Source: Adineta vaga
Lineage: Eukaryota; Animalia; Rotifera
Length of the DNA stretch: 64,000 nt
Assembly (NCBI GenBank): GCA_021613535.1
Contig: CP075493.1
Span: 1 to 64,000, forward strand
Direction of reading: 5' to 3'
Shown here: positions 50,136 to 62,940 of the stretch, piece after piece
Layout of the letters: each line of letters opens with the position of its first letter
Position numbering within the stretch: position 1 is the first letter of the stretch
The notes under the pieces: model-generated
Told to the model about the DNA's origin: nothing
Databases searched by the model: none
Seen by the model: only the letters and a program-made list of their open reading frames with translations
Translations under genes and position numbers: made by a program

Positions 50136-50387
50136 TACAGTCGCGGCCAGAAGTCTGACCCCATTTTTTTGTTTTACGTTTGTACAAAAGCCGTGCAACA
50201 TTCTTTTTAATTCATCTGTAGACTTGTGTAGTTAAGGCAAAGTGCTATCCATCTAGATGTGGAGCCAATATATACCTAGCACTTTATTTTTACTACACAA
50301 GTCTATATACGAATTAAAGAGAATGTTACGCATTTTTTGTACAAACGTAAAACAAAAAATGGGGCCAGACTTCTGGCTGCTACTGTA
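50136..50387. mobile_element. Tc1-like MITE
   Basis: TA|CAGTCGCGGCCAGAAGTCTG...CAGACTTCTGGCTGCTACTG|TA. Confidence 0.88.
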
Positions 50388-52288
50388 TCATACTTTGTTT
50401 GGACGTTTTGGCATCGATATAAAGATGAGCCATTTTTCACTCATTGCCTCTCTTTTTGTTCTATTCTGACTAGTGTGTTCAATTAGTATCTGGTTTTTAA
50501 TAATCATTGACTTTTATTGCTTGCTTTTTCTTGCTATTTTGCAGTATGTTCGTCATGAGAATTGGATTGGTGCGAGTGGTGTCACATATCCCACAGATCG
50601 GGGATGCACCCCAACTCTCGAAACTAACTCGACTGATGGCAAGTCGCTTGATCTATATATATTACATAAATGTTTGCCGAAGATGTCCACAGTTTCTTAG
50701 TAAAGATTTTATTATTAGAAAAAATTCAATTCTTTTGGTTTCTTAGAAACATTGGTTCTCTGCACTTTTTATTTCAGAGACTCAAGATAGAACGAAACCT
50801 TTTCTCATCAAGCAATAGTACATGAGATTAACTATAAACATCATCGGAAGTTTTGCGATTTTATCAATCATTGAGCTTTTCTGCGTATCTAAATAATTAT
50901 TCTCACAATGGAAAAGAGTGAATAGTTAAGCTGATATCCACTGTATAGAGATTATTCACTACAGAGGGATTGAAGAAAAGTGTCTACAGTCCAGAATGTA
51001 CAGGTGTCCATTTTAGAGAGATGTTCACATAAGGAGGTTTTGCTGTATCTCCGCTGTGTTTCAAATACAAATACAGAAGATAATAAAGCAGAACTAAAGA
51101 ATAATAGCGTATATATTACTGGTGACAGATTTTGATATGATCTGTCTTAGAACTTTCCAGGTCATGCTGTTCAAATATACCAGAAGAAAACCAAAATCAT
51201 TATGCATGAAGAAAGTAATTATTTTAGCAGCCAATATACATAAAGAAAATCCTTTGTTGGATTTCTTCATATTTTTGTAGACATTAGTATTTTGTTTACA
51301 GTAAAATGTTTACCGATAAAACTTTAGCCATCTATAGCACATAAACTCTAGTTTCTAGCATATTTTGAATGGAAAGTTTTCAAATATCACTCATATTCAG
51401 GACATAAAGTACCGAATTCGAAACATAAAGTTAAATCATCCGAAAAAGTTGAAAGAAACTGAATTTTATAGTGTTACTGATCGTTTATGAAGATAATAAT
51501 AAAACTTTTCGGCCATAACTAGTTTTACTATGAAGAGATATCATTTAGATTGTATAGACTACACATAATAATATACTGGTAGCTCTCTTAAAATAATGTC
51601 GAAAAGGTGCTCAGAATAAAAGGAGAATATATTAATACACTGGTTTTTATTTAAACAAGCGGATTTGAAATACATGTGTGAGAAATAGATGTTTGTGTGA
51701 TTGCTGTGATTATTGATGCATTAATCGCTTTTCTTTCACCATAACAAGAGAAAATTATCAACCCGCCATATTGATAAATCATTATACGCCGTTTGTAGTT
51801 ATTCACATAGGTTATAAGAGAGCAGTGCGGAGCTTACTTATCTTTGCAGTGACAAACTGGACCAAAAGAATAATAACGTTTGTGAGTTAAATCCATCATA
51901 GTTATCATTAAAGCTACCAAAATTCTGTGCTTAAGTGAGGGTACGGATGCTAATTACAAGCCCGTATCTGTGAAGCAGAGTGAATTTATAGAAGTACTGG
52001 AATAGTCGCTTTGGTCTCGAATATTTTTCGATTTTTTTCTATGAGATGAGCCAACATGAATCAATTGAGTAGTACAGGATCTTCCACGATGGTGGCCTTT
52101 ACTAAACCCAGCTACTCTAAATAGAGTGCATAACTTGTTTATTCGATTGATTTGTGTAAAAGAATCATTGGAAATTACAATGGTTCGGAACCTATACTGA
52201 TACGCAATTAAAAAATCTTTGAATGAAATAGTTGTGTTTTTAGCTTTAATTGCTATTAATACCTAATCGACAATCGATTTGAATTCCT

Positions 52289-55200
52289 ATGGAAAAGAAA
52301 ACAATCATACTATATGGTGACCGTCTCACATTAGATGATTTGGTGTCCATCGCTCGCTGTCGTAGTGCCGTTCAGTTGACTGACAATGAGAATATAAAAA
52401 ATCGTATGAACAGATCAATAGATATTATACAAAATATTGTGAAAAATAACTTGCCATTGTATGGTGTCACTACTAGCTTCGGTGGTCTTGCAAAAAATAC
52501 TATCTCGGGGCAATATGCGGATGAACTGCAAAGCAACCTCATTTTAGCATTGAACATGGGCGCCGGTCCGACTTTACCTCTTGAAACTATTAGAGCTGCA
52601 ATGGTTTTACGCGCTAATGCACATTTAATTGGAGCATCAGCTATTCGTCGAATATGGGATGAACGTCTGATTTTATTCTTGACTAAGAATGTGACTCCAT
52701 TAGTGCCTGAATTCGGATCAATAGGAGCATCAGGTGATCTCGTTCCTATGTCATATATTGCGGCGGCTCTTGGTGGCAACGATAATCGAATCCTTGTCGA
52801 TTTTGATGGTAAAACTATGAGTGCGCCAGATGCTTTAACTATATTAAATATTGAATCGCTAACATTTGTACCAAAAGAAGGATTAGCCATGGTGAATGGC
52901 ACAAGTGTCATGGCTGGTTCTGCAGCTCTTGTTACTTACGATTTTGCAAAATTATTTGCCGCTACTCTTCACGTTCATGCTATTGCTATTCAAGCACTTG
53001 TCGGTGGCAATCAATCTTTTCATCCATTTGTGCACCATGTCAAACCTCATCCTGGACAAGTAAATAAGATATTATCTTTTTTTGCACCTCCCGTCATTTA
53101 AGATTAGAAATCACAACAAATTAATCTTATAAAGCGAAAACGTTCTGCTGTAGATTAGTAGAATAGTAAAATGTAATCTAGATTTTGTTTAGAGCGGTCT
53201 GATTATCGCAAATTTTAATGATGTTACATTTTGCTAATTACTGTCTGCTCATTTTTCAAAACGAAAAGACTGTTGTATATTCTAGATTCAGCTAGATTCT
53301 TGTTCTTTCAGCCGTTTGTTGGAGCTGATGTAAGAATAGAAAATCATAATACGATTCCGTAGACACTTTAGTGTTTTCGAAACGAAGATAATGTTTGATT
53401 ACAGATGCTGGAAGTCATTGGTTACAATAACCCCAAAATGGTGGTATACGGTTACTCAATATGCCGGATATCTTTGTGTAACCAAAATCGTGACCGAGCA
53501 CAAACTGTAGAGTATCTGTTTGATAGACGTGATATTAGGGCTATATGCAACACTATCGTATATGAATCATATCTGAAACTAAACCGGCTGAGTTTCGTCG
53601 GTCTTTTACCGGTGTTTTAAAGTTTTCAGCCACTGAACTTTACGTACTTTAACCCTTTTTAAGAATTTCCATTGCATTACTAGACAGCAAATATAGTCCT
53701 AAAAGTTTTCCATTAATAAGATTCAATTGTAGTTGAGAACTGTAGCTCTAAATGTTTTATTTATCCTTTTATTAGAGGCTCATATCAGATCGAATGAATA
53801 TATTATAGTCAAAAGTCAGCCAACTTTTATTAGAGAATGTCAATTGAAACTGAAAGCTTTTCATCGAGGATGTCCGGCAGGATAGGGGGAGGGTTACCTA
53901 CCTTAAGTATTGGAAAATTTTGTTGGTTTCGTTCGTTAATTTTTGAAATGTTTACAAGAAGTTTTAAAAATTGGCAATATCCGCTTCCCAATATTTTCAA
54001 TTTCGGGAAACCGCTATTTTCACCGTAAAAAATATTGGAGCCATCCGTATGCAGGAGTTTTAGCTAACTTTTACAGAACTTGGACAGCTATCAATATTCA
54101 GGGTATACTTTCATAGTGGAATATTTTAAAAATGTTATCTTTATTGTCGAAATCTTTGTGACTTATAGCATTATATAACCCTAATAATATTTGATATTCA
54201 CAAATTCTAATTAAAAAATCTAATATAAAAACCTCACATATTAGTTCACCTTTTCTTTCTCGATATAATTCATTGCACAGCAGATACGACTAACTCATAG
54301 ATTATGTGCTCAGTCGCAATCACGAATTTCGATAAAATTTGACTCATGTGTAACTTTAAGGGAGATAAAAAAATGCCTGAAGTTTCATCTTCTAAAACCC
54401 TTCTATCGTTGAGATATAAGAACAGCGGTGGAGGTATTCTAGGAACAAAAATTAAGAGGAAATGACAGTAATCATAGCAGCACGCGTACATTGTATACTG
54501 CGCCATTCTTCAGCAAACGATTTTAGTCATGAATTTTTCCTAGTGTATATTATTGTCGACGCTCTGCATACTGACACAATCAAAATCCTTTTCGACGTAC
54601 TAAGCGATACAGAAGTACTTAATAGATTCTAGATATAGTGCTCTATACAATTCTATCTTGTGAGATACTGTTTGATTAAAAGTCGGGAGCCTTTTAACGA
54701 AAGCAATAATCACTTGCTGAGAACGGGAAAAAAGTAAAAGAGGTGTTTGGAATTTGTGAAGAAATGTTCTAGTTTCTTTCGTGTCTGTGCAAAGACCTAT
54801 CTTAAAAGGCTCAAATTTTGGATGTAGGATTTTTTATAGGCTCTTCCATGTTCGATAATAAAATGAACACGCCAAAAGTTTTCGTGTTACTAGATGTTTT
54901 TAGCGAGCCATGGATTGTCTGTCAACTTAAAAGTATTAATATGAATTCGTATGTTATAACCAAAATTAACCGTTGCATTTGGTTCAACAAAAACGAACCA
55001 AATCCTACCTTTAGTTTCTTGTGGTTGGAGAAAAAAACTAACACTTATGTTTTATTGACAGGTTGATATAGCTAGTATTATGCTTGATCTTCTCGACGGC
55101 TCCAAACTTATCAGCGACAACCTTGACGCTAATCTAACGCAGGAAAACGTGGATCGGCTCATTCAAGATCGATATTCTATTCGATGTTTACCGCAATTTT

Positions 55201-56673
55201 TAGGTCCCATGCTAGAAACACTACGTGATGTTACTCGAACACTTGAAATTGAAATGAATTCGGCTAATGATAATCCTCTGGTTGATGTTAGTACATCCAA
55301 AGTATATCGTGAGTATAAACTCGGTATAGATACAGAATGTTTCAAAAAGTCTGCTCGAATTGAACAATTGTAACAAACACTAGAGAATATTTATATAAAT
55401 ATGACTTTGAAAAACGCTCGACAAAACGAGTAGCCGGATATTCGCCAATAGGACTTTCGCTATTGGCGAACGTCCACTAATCTTTCGCCAATATACCTTC
55501 TCTACTTTCGCCAATTGACGAAAGTCTATTAAAATTGCGCTAGTATTGGCGAAATTCTATTAATCTTTCATTTATATGGTTATAAATTTGGTATCGAGTA
55601 AAGATATCATCGTTTGTTAGATTCTACTGCACATATGTTAGTACGTTTTAATAATGTCACTCAACTTTTGCCAATATTGGCGAAAGTTCATAGGATTCTT
55701 GTCAGTTTATGTTGGGACATTCGCCAACTGGCGAAAGTTTACAGATTTACGTGATCAATTATCAACATATTATAAAACGCATGAAGCAGCCTGAGTCAGA
55801 TGGTTCAAAAAGTGATATCAAAAGGCGGTGGGGATATCGATGTACCAATAGATGCGTAGAGTTTCAGATGTATCCATGACTTATTTTGAAGGCAGAAAGT
55901 CTTATTAACAAAGAGCTGATATCAGTTGAGAGTCAATGATATCATGATTCGCTGCCAATTATAGCCATGTAGGTAACTTCTTGGGAGAACTCTTACGTAT
56001 GATGTCGATGGATCGTCTTCGTCAATCCATAGGTTTAATGGCTAAACATTTGGATGTTCAAATAGCTCAATTAGTTACACCTGAATTTAGCAACGGTCTT
56101 CCTTCGTGTCTTATTGGCAATCAAGATCGTCCAGTTAATATGGGACTGAAAGGACTGCAGTTGTGTGGAAATTCGATAATGCCATATTTACTGTTTCTTG
56201 GTCAACCAATGGCCGATAGATTTGCTACTCATGCTGAACAATATAATCAGAACGTAAATTCTATGGGACTTACATGTGCCCAACTCGCTCGTCAATCGGT
56301 AAATGTCATGAATCAATATATCGCCGTTTGTCTTCTATTTGTCGCTCAAGCAGTTGATTTACGTGGTAAAATTCATTTTAACACTTATGATCCACGTTTG
56401 TATCTTTCGACCTCCACGGTGCAAACGTACGAAGCTGTTCGAACCATCGTTCAGGCTGAGATTGATTCGTCACGTCCGTACTTATGGGATGATGGTGACC
56501 GTGCAGTAGACAAAGATATTGCTAAACTTGCTGGTTCGTTGGTGGACGAAAATTCACCTCTGGTTGCAGCTTTACATTCTACCGTTAAACAACTTCGTCA
56601 TTCCAAAATAAAACCTGACTCTTCTCTAACCAAAATATGCGATTACGGGAGTAATACGACAAACGGATCTTAG
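52289..56673 (+). CDS. pal: MIO-dependent aromatic amino acid ammonia-lyase, cyanobacterial PAL type (3 exons, about 572 aa; exon 3 acceptor uncertain)
   Basis: Exons 52289-53059, 55062-55308, about 55973-56673. Catalytic YGVTTSFGG, MIO-forming GSIGASGDLVP (ASG at 52727-52735), KEGLAMVNGTS, QSFHPFVH..KPHPGQ, IQDRYSIRCLPQ, NDNPL, AKHLDVQIA, FSNGLP, VNMGLKGLQLCGNSIMP, HAEQYNQNVNS. From memory these are colinear with Anabaena/Nostoc PAL. Confidence 0.9.
55436..55740. mobile_element. Repeat-rich element in PAL intron 2 (TTCGCCAAT/ATTGGCGAA motifs)
   Basis: About seven copies of the motif in both orientations. Confidence 0.55.
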
Positions 56674-58020
56674 TACTTTCAGAACGATTCGGTCGTTCAA
56701 GGAAAATAGCTTCAACATATGAATTGTGATATGCGTTCATGCTTAATAAGTGCTTTCATTGATCTTTCTAGTATATACACCCCTTTTTCTGTTAGTTGTG
56801 TCATTACATAGTAGGCTTTTTACCGCATAGAATTGAACAGTTAGTCGAGTTTTTTCCTGTATTACATCCATTGCGCAATAATAACGAAATAGAGAGGTGA
56901 AATTTTAATCTTTTTTTACATTCTTTTCGTGGTGTGATTATTCATTCTTTCTGTTCATTTGCATGAAGAGTAAGGATGTGAGTCAATAAACGAAAACAAA
57001 TTACAGATTTACGTGATCAATTATCAACATATTATAAACGCATGAAGCAGCCTAAGTCAGATGGTTCAAAAAGAGTGATATCAAAAGGCGGTATTTGAGA
57101 TAATATTTGAAATGTCAATAGAACATGCCTATTTGATTTACAAAGAAAATTATGATACAAGCCATACGACCAAGGGCGAAAGGTGGATCGCATGTATCGC
57201 TGATACGGTTGTGGTACGTACGAGACCAAAGATACCATGGTGACACATATTTTGAAGGCACCCTAGAGTTCTCATGTTCTATATTTTGCGGACACCCTCG
57301 GGTCTGCAGGTGGTATTTTATGGGATAGTATAGAGGCTTGGTATTTTGTTTACTCTCCTTATTCGGACCAAAATTAGAATTTAAAGCCTTTCATTTATGA
57401 AGTTATAAGTTCCAACGACAGCTTTTCTTGCCTTGAATAATTTTCATCCTCACTTCAAGATTCAATTGTGACACGCACAAAAGCATCTTAAAGTAAATAA
57501 ATCAAACTCTTCATTTTTGTCCGAAAGACGTAGAAAAAGTGATGGTAGTTTCGTAAGCATCATTTTTATAGATATTAGTCCTTTACGAACTCGCGATGCT
57601 GCATCCACATTCCTATGCGGTCTGTACACCGTATTTTCTGTTCCAATATACATTTACTCTAAATATTGAAAGGATCTTTCTATAAACACAAAAAGCACCT
57701 GCTAAAAGTAAGATATCTATTCAAAGATAATTTAATACGAAAAAGTAACACGAGTCTTTTCTTAGATTTTTATTTGAATAGTTGTGCATCGGAATGTGCG
57801 GCGTCAGTTACAATACTGAAAAAGCTGAAATTGCTACACTAATACTGACCATCGGTGATCACTGACATCGACAGCACTGGAACACCGGTGTTTTTGTATT
57901 CCTGACCACTGATGCACTGATATTCTCGGTGCACTGATGATGTCAGCGACGCTGATTTCACTGACAGATTAATGTTGATGTTTATTGCTTGTAATTCCTA
58001 GGCGGAGCATCATAACATAT

Positions 58021-58302
58021 TTTATACGAATCATTGGAATATGCTGAATAGTTTTATTAGTTGAGAGACTAGATCAGCTGGACAGTGTGTCGAATGTATT
58101 TTTGCGTATTTTTCTTATGAATGGCTCGACCATATGTTATACTCTATGAGAGAATTCGTAAAACTTCATTTTTTATGATTATTCGATAGAATATGTAGTC
58201 ATTCGCAAGCAAAAATTCGAAAAATATATTTGACAGACTGTCTAGCTGATCTAGTCTCTCGGCCAATAAAACTACTCAACATATCCCAATGTTTCGCATA
58301 AA
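58021..58302. mobile_element. Degenerate foldback MITE
   Basis: GAGAGACTAGATCAGCTGGACAG versus CTGTCTAGCTGATCTAGTCTCTC within arms of about 90 bp. Confidence 0.75.
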
Positions 58303-59336
58303 GTGTGTAAGTGGACCAGAGCGGTCTCTATATTCTTTACCAGTTGCCAGCGTGATTCCTATTAGAAACTTCGAAAAAACTCACCCACCCTCAAATACTT
58401 CTTCGAACGTTTCGATTAGTTGATTGACGCACAAAGAGGTGAGCGTAAACTGGATGCCAAAATGCTGTACAGGTGCTCAGGTTCTGGTAACATCCGATCT
58501 GTACTTACCGTCTTGTTCATGCATGAAATTTACTAATCGTGTTCTTGAAAGCAAAACTTTTAACTAGCATATATTCTTCACGCATATATGGAGTAGAAAT
58601 TAGTTTTGTATGAATATCTAACAGTTCCTTATCAATTTCTAAAGGGTTTACGTCAAATCAACAGAATCAGTACAAAACCTCGAAAGTTTCATATTTTCCT
58701 ATGGAAGCTTCATCTGTTTTACAGAATCGCAAAAGATCTCCGTAATGGAACCCTTTATTCGTAAGGATCGGAAGAATTTTCAGAAGATGCAATAATATGA
58801 AAAGATGTCTCTTTCAATTCTGCACACCTTGCGCCACATTTTTCCAACTTTATCAAGTGTGTTTTCGACTGTGTTGTATTGATATTTTCGGTAGGAAAAT
58901 ATTTAGTTTCGAATATCTCAGAAAAAAAGATGAACACGATAGACTATATATTGTCATTAATAGTTTCTTGATATCTTGTTTCGTTTCTATAGGCTCAAGC
59001 TAATATTGCTTTCAGAAGATGCGGGACTCGATTGTTTACAACTGCAAATTGATCAATCGTGTAGCAGTAGAAAGAACTAAAACTATTTCAATAAGACTGG
59101 AAATTCGTAATATGTTTCACCATTTATGCGCATGCTACTCTTTTTTGTGGATATGAGTTTAAAACAATTTCTCGGTAACGCCGAATATTTCTTTTCAAAT
59201 TATTATTATTTGATAAATGGATATTTAGTTAATCTTGAACGCTTTTATTTGTTTATGCTGAATAGTACGTGAATTGGCTTAGTTTCCAAAGATTCTTATC
59301 ATAATCGATCATAATACACCGGAACTAATACGTTTA

Positions 59337-59531
59337 TCAGAAACGTGAATCACCATCGGTTTTACCAAATGTGTTATTTAAATTACTAGGTGAGCGATTA
59401 AGGCATTTTGATTTTCCGGAATACTTGCATTTCCATAGCATTTTGTCGTTTCGTCGATCAATAATATAAGAATATCTATCATGAATGACTAGAGAAGCGT
59501 TTTTCGACGTTATTGAAAGAGTACCTGACAT
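59337..59531 (-). pseudogene. FLYWCH-like fragment, probably from a MULE transposase N-terminus
   Basis: LVIHDRYSY...LWKC.....KC pattern, truncated. Confidence 0.45.
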
Positions 59532-59889
59532 GACTGTTTTTTAGCGTGCTGTTCAGCAACTAATACCGTTTTATACAATTATAATGATTAAATATCGTCA
59601 AGCGCTCATATATATAGTTTGAGTAATCTCTTACTTTTGTTCTGAATTCTATCAATTACAAATGAACGATTGTCGCATTTGCGAACAAACGTCACAACGA
59701 GAAAGTTTCCTTACGAGAAAATGTCTGTTTCCGATGAATATATGTTTTAATAATAAAGGATATTGACCGTGGAAATTTCCATTCTGTAACACTTCATATT
59801 TTGGCCTTTCGCTAGTCTCTGTAATCTTTATAGTGAAATCTCTTAGTATCAAACCACGAATAATTCTGTCTTGTGCGCAAAAATTACAT

Positions 59890-62800
59890 CGTTTTACTCT
59901 GCTTTTATATCATCCAACCATTCTCTGCATGGGCGCCCTCGCCTAGATTTGCCCTCCATTTTGCCAAATACTAGTTTTTTCCTGTCTGCTTCTTTTAGAG
60001 TCCATGTCTCTTATGCATATGGTAGGGAGCTGAACACGCAGGTGTTTAGGATTATAAGCTTATGTTCTATCCTCAGTGTCTTATTACTCCATATGTGTCT
60101 CAGAGAAGCCATTGGATCTGTCGCTTTTCCTGTTCTTCTTTTAATTTACTGTGAACAATTATTATCCCATGTCAGCAAGCTGCCTAAATATTCAAAATTT
60201 TCTACGTTTTCTATGGCGTTTCCTGCTACCTGTATATTGTTATCGATATTCTTGTCTTCACATATCATGGTTATGATTTTCTTTATATTCGAGATCAGTC
60301 CAGATTGTTCAGCAGCCGTTTTAGTTAGCTCTTTTTGGCGTTGAAGTGAACTCATGTCGTTATCAATAAGGTCAATATCATCGGCGAATCTTAGGATATT
60401 TATTAATGTTTCGCTGATATTCATTCTGCACGTGTTCTGTCTCACTTGATCCATTACTCGCTCGAGATATGGGATGAAGAGGAGTGATGACAGAGGGTCA
60501 CTTTGTCTAGTGTCTATATCTGTTCGAAACGACTCTCCATAATCTATACCAATGCGAACCGTTAACTGCGGTTTTTCGTAGATTTTTTGTAGCAAGGTCA
60601 CATCTTTGCATCAGCAGCATAGGATTTTACCATAGCCCAAATAATTTCATGTTTGATCGTAGCGAATGCTTTTTCAGTCAGTCGTCTAAGCGGTAATATT
60701 TGATGTAGTCTCCTGTCTTTTCTGAACCATGGATGCTCTTCGGATAGGCATGAGTCCAGTTGATTTTTCAATCTGTTCAGTAATACTATTAGTAGGGCTT
60801 GTCCAAACGTAACTATGTGACATTTTTACATATTGTTTCTTAATTATCTCTTGAACAAAGACAGCTGGAAGGCTCGTTCAGACGGCATTCGATGAAGCTC
60901 GGTTTCTTCTACAAGGGATATAAGAATGAGTGTATTTGGTTTAGCAATCGAGTATCTATGAAGAATTTAAGACTGCATCACACTGTCACATAACAGGACC
61001 CTCAGTATCGAGTAATCCATCTTTCTTTCTCATTTACAGCACAAGACACTTCACAATCGAGAGACTGTGAGGACGAAAGTTGTAGAGATTTGGATGAGCT
61101 TTCTGGTGTTAAAAAAGATTTTCTTCTGCCCTCTCCATCGAATAAAAATACAAAAAACAAATGTAACGCTGTGACACAGTTTTTTTGTTGACCAGCTTTG
61201 GGGCACTTAAAATGCTCAGAATAACCTAATATTCTAATGTGCTGATCCTTCAATAGGGACCAGCATGCTGCTAGAAAATCAGCTTGATACATCAATGTGT
61301 AAGCTTCTAAACCGAGCCGCAAGTCGAAAAATGTATGACAGTCTATGGATCGCCTATAACTACAAAAATGAAAAGTAAACACACTATTTTGTAGACAATG
61401 TAATTCTGCGTCGAGAAGTATCCTTTCCGGATAATTTTGAAAAAGTTTTACCTCAAAAGTTTCAAAGTACGGTTTTTCAAAAGTTTAAAACTGAATTTCT
61501 TGGAACAAAAAGTGGTTTGTTTGCCAAATGAGTGGTAGATTCGTAATCAGCATGAAAAACTACATCAAAAAGTCTATTCGAGTAAATGAAATTCGAAAAT
61601 GTTTTTATTCAAAACTTGATCAGCGAAGTGATGCGTTGCGTGGACAAGGCCAGTAGTACTTTTCCTGTATGATTAATAAGAGAGATAGTTCGAAAGTTTG
61701 GGCATTTGCTAAGGTCTGCTTTTTTTCGGACAGAGACCAATATAGATTTGCCCTATTCTTTTGGAATTGTACCTTCCTGCCGTGCTTTGTTACAGAGTTT
61801 ATGGATTTTACGTGTTAGCTGTTCGCCTCCCGCTTGTAATATTTCCGCTATTATGCCGTTTGATCCTGGACTCTTACTTCATTTTGATGAACTTATCGCT
61901 GCTTGCACATCTGAGCACAAGATATCCTGAGGACCCTCGTTTGCACGAGGTGCAATGTCTTCAATTTCTCTCATCATCTCGTTCCCACCTTCAGAATCTT
62001 TATACAGACTGTTACAATACTGTGTCCACCTTTGTTTAATTTCGTCATTTGACCGTAACATTGTCCGCTCATGACTTCGTATGATATTTAAGCGAGGTGC
62101 AAATTCTTTACTGAGCATTTTTATGAGGCCATATGCTTCTCTTGTATTTTCAATACTTAAACCTTTTTCAGCTTGCTCACGTTAGTCTTGTATCTAATAT
62201 TCTTTGTTCTGTCTTGGTGATCTCTTGACGTTGCTACATAGACCTTTATATAGTTGTATATATCCTAAGGAAACGTGTTTTACCTGTTTCAATCTACGTT
62301 CTTCGTCAGCTGGTTTTAGTGTTTCTTCTGAAATCCAGTTTTTTAGCTATTCCTTTTGTTGGTACAGTCGCCTCTATCTCTTTTAGCTGTTCCGCTAAAG
62401 CGGCGCTATATGATTGGAATACAAATGAATGATCTGAACTTATGTCTGTACTCTGAAATGTTCGACAGATCCTGACCGAGGTCTTCCATCTTTGCTGGAT
62501 GAATATCAAGTCAATCATATTCTTGTAAACGCCACCTGGCGATGCCCAAGTCCACTTTCGATTTGATTTACCTTCAAATCTTGTATTACATATGTAGAGA
62601 TTGTGCGATCTATATTACCCTTACCAATTTTAGTGTTCTAGTCTCCTGTCAAGATAATTATGTCTCTCTTAGCTGTTCTTGATAATGCTTCTTTGATATA
62701 GTTATAGAATGCATTGATATCTTCTTCTGAAGACGAGCAAGTTGGTGCGTATACGTATAATACTGAGATTTTGAATGGTGTTGCATCGAATCGTGCCGAA

Positions 62801-62940
62801 ATTATTCGTGAGCTGATTGGATTGTATCCTATTAATGCCTTTTTCGCTTGAATGCTCAGTAAGAACCCCAACCCATCCTAGCATGTGAGGACGCTTCTCC
62901 TGTCCATCGAACTTCTGAAATACCAATTATATCGTATCTA
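59890..62940 (-). mobile_element. Decayed non-LTR retrotransposon (RTE-like; AP endonuclease plus RT)
   Basis: EN motifs YVYAPT, ILTGD, IDLIFI, SSDHS. RT motifs RQSDPLSSLLF, LRFADDIDL, FEYLGS; C-terminal RGRP..W. Many stops and frameshifts. Confidence 0.9.
60795..61651. mobile_element. Non-autonomous DNA transposon inserted in the LINE RT region
   Basis: TIR GGGCTTGTCCA/TGGACAAGGCC with AGTA duplicated on both sides. Removing it restores LINE codons GKVLLIVL. Confidence 0.85.

Noticed and set aside
52289-56673. Histidine ammonia-lyase (hutH/HAL)
   Set aside because: It lacks the Ser-His specificity dyad, and its motifs follow cyanobacterial PAL.
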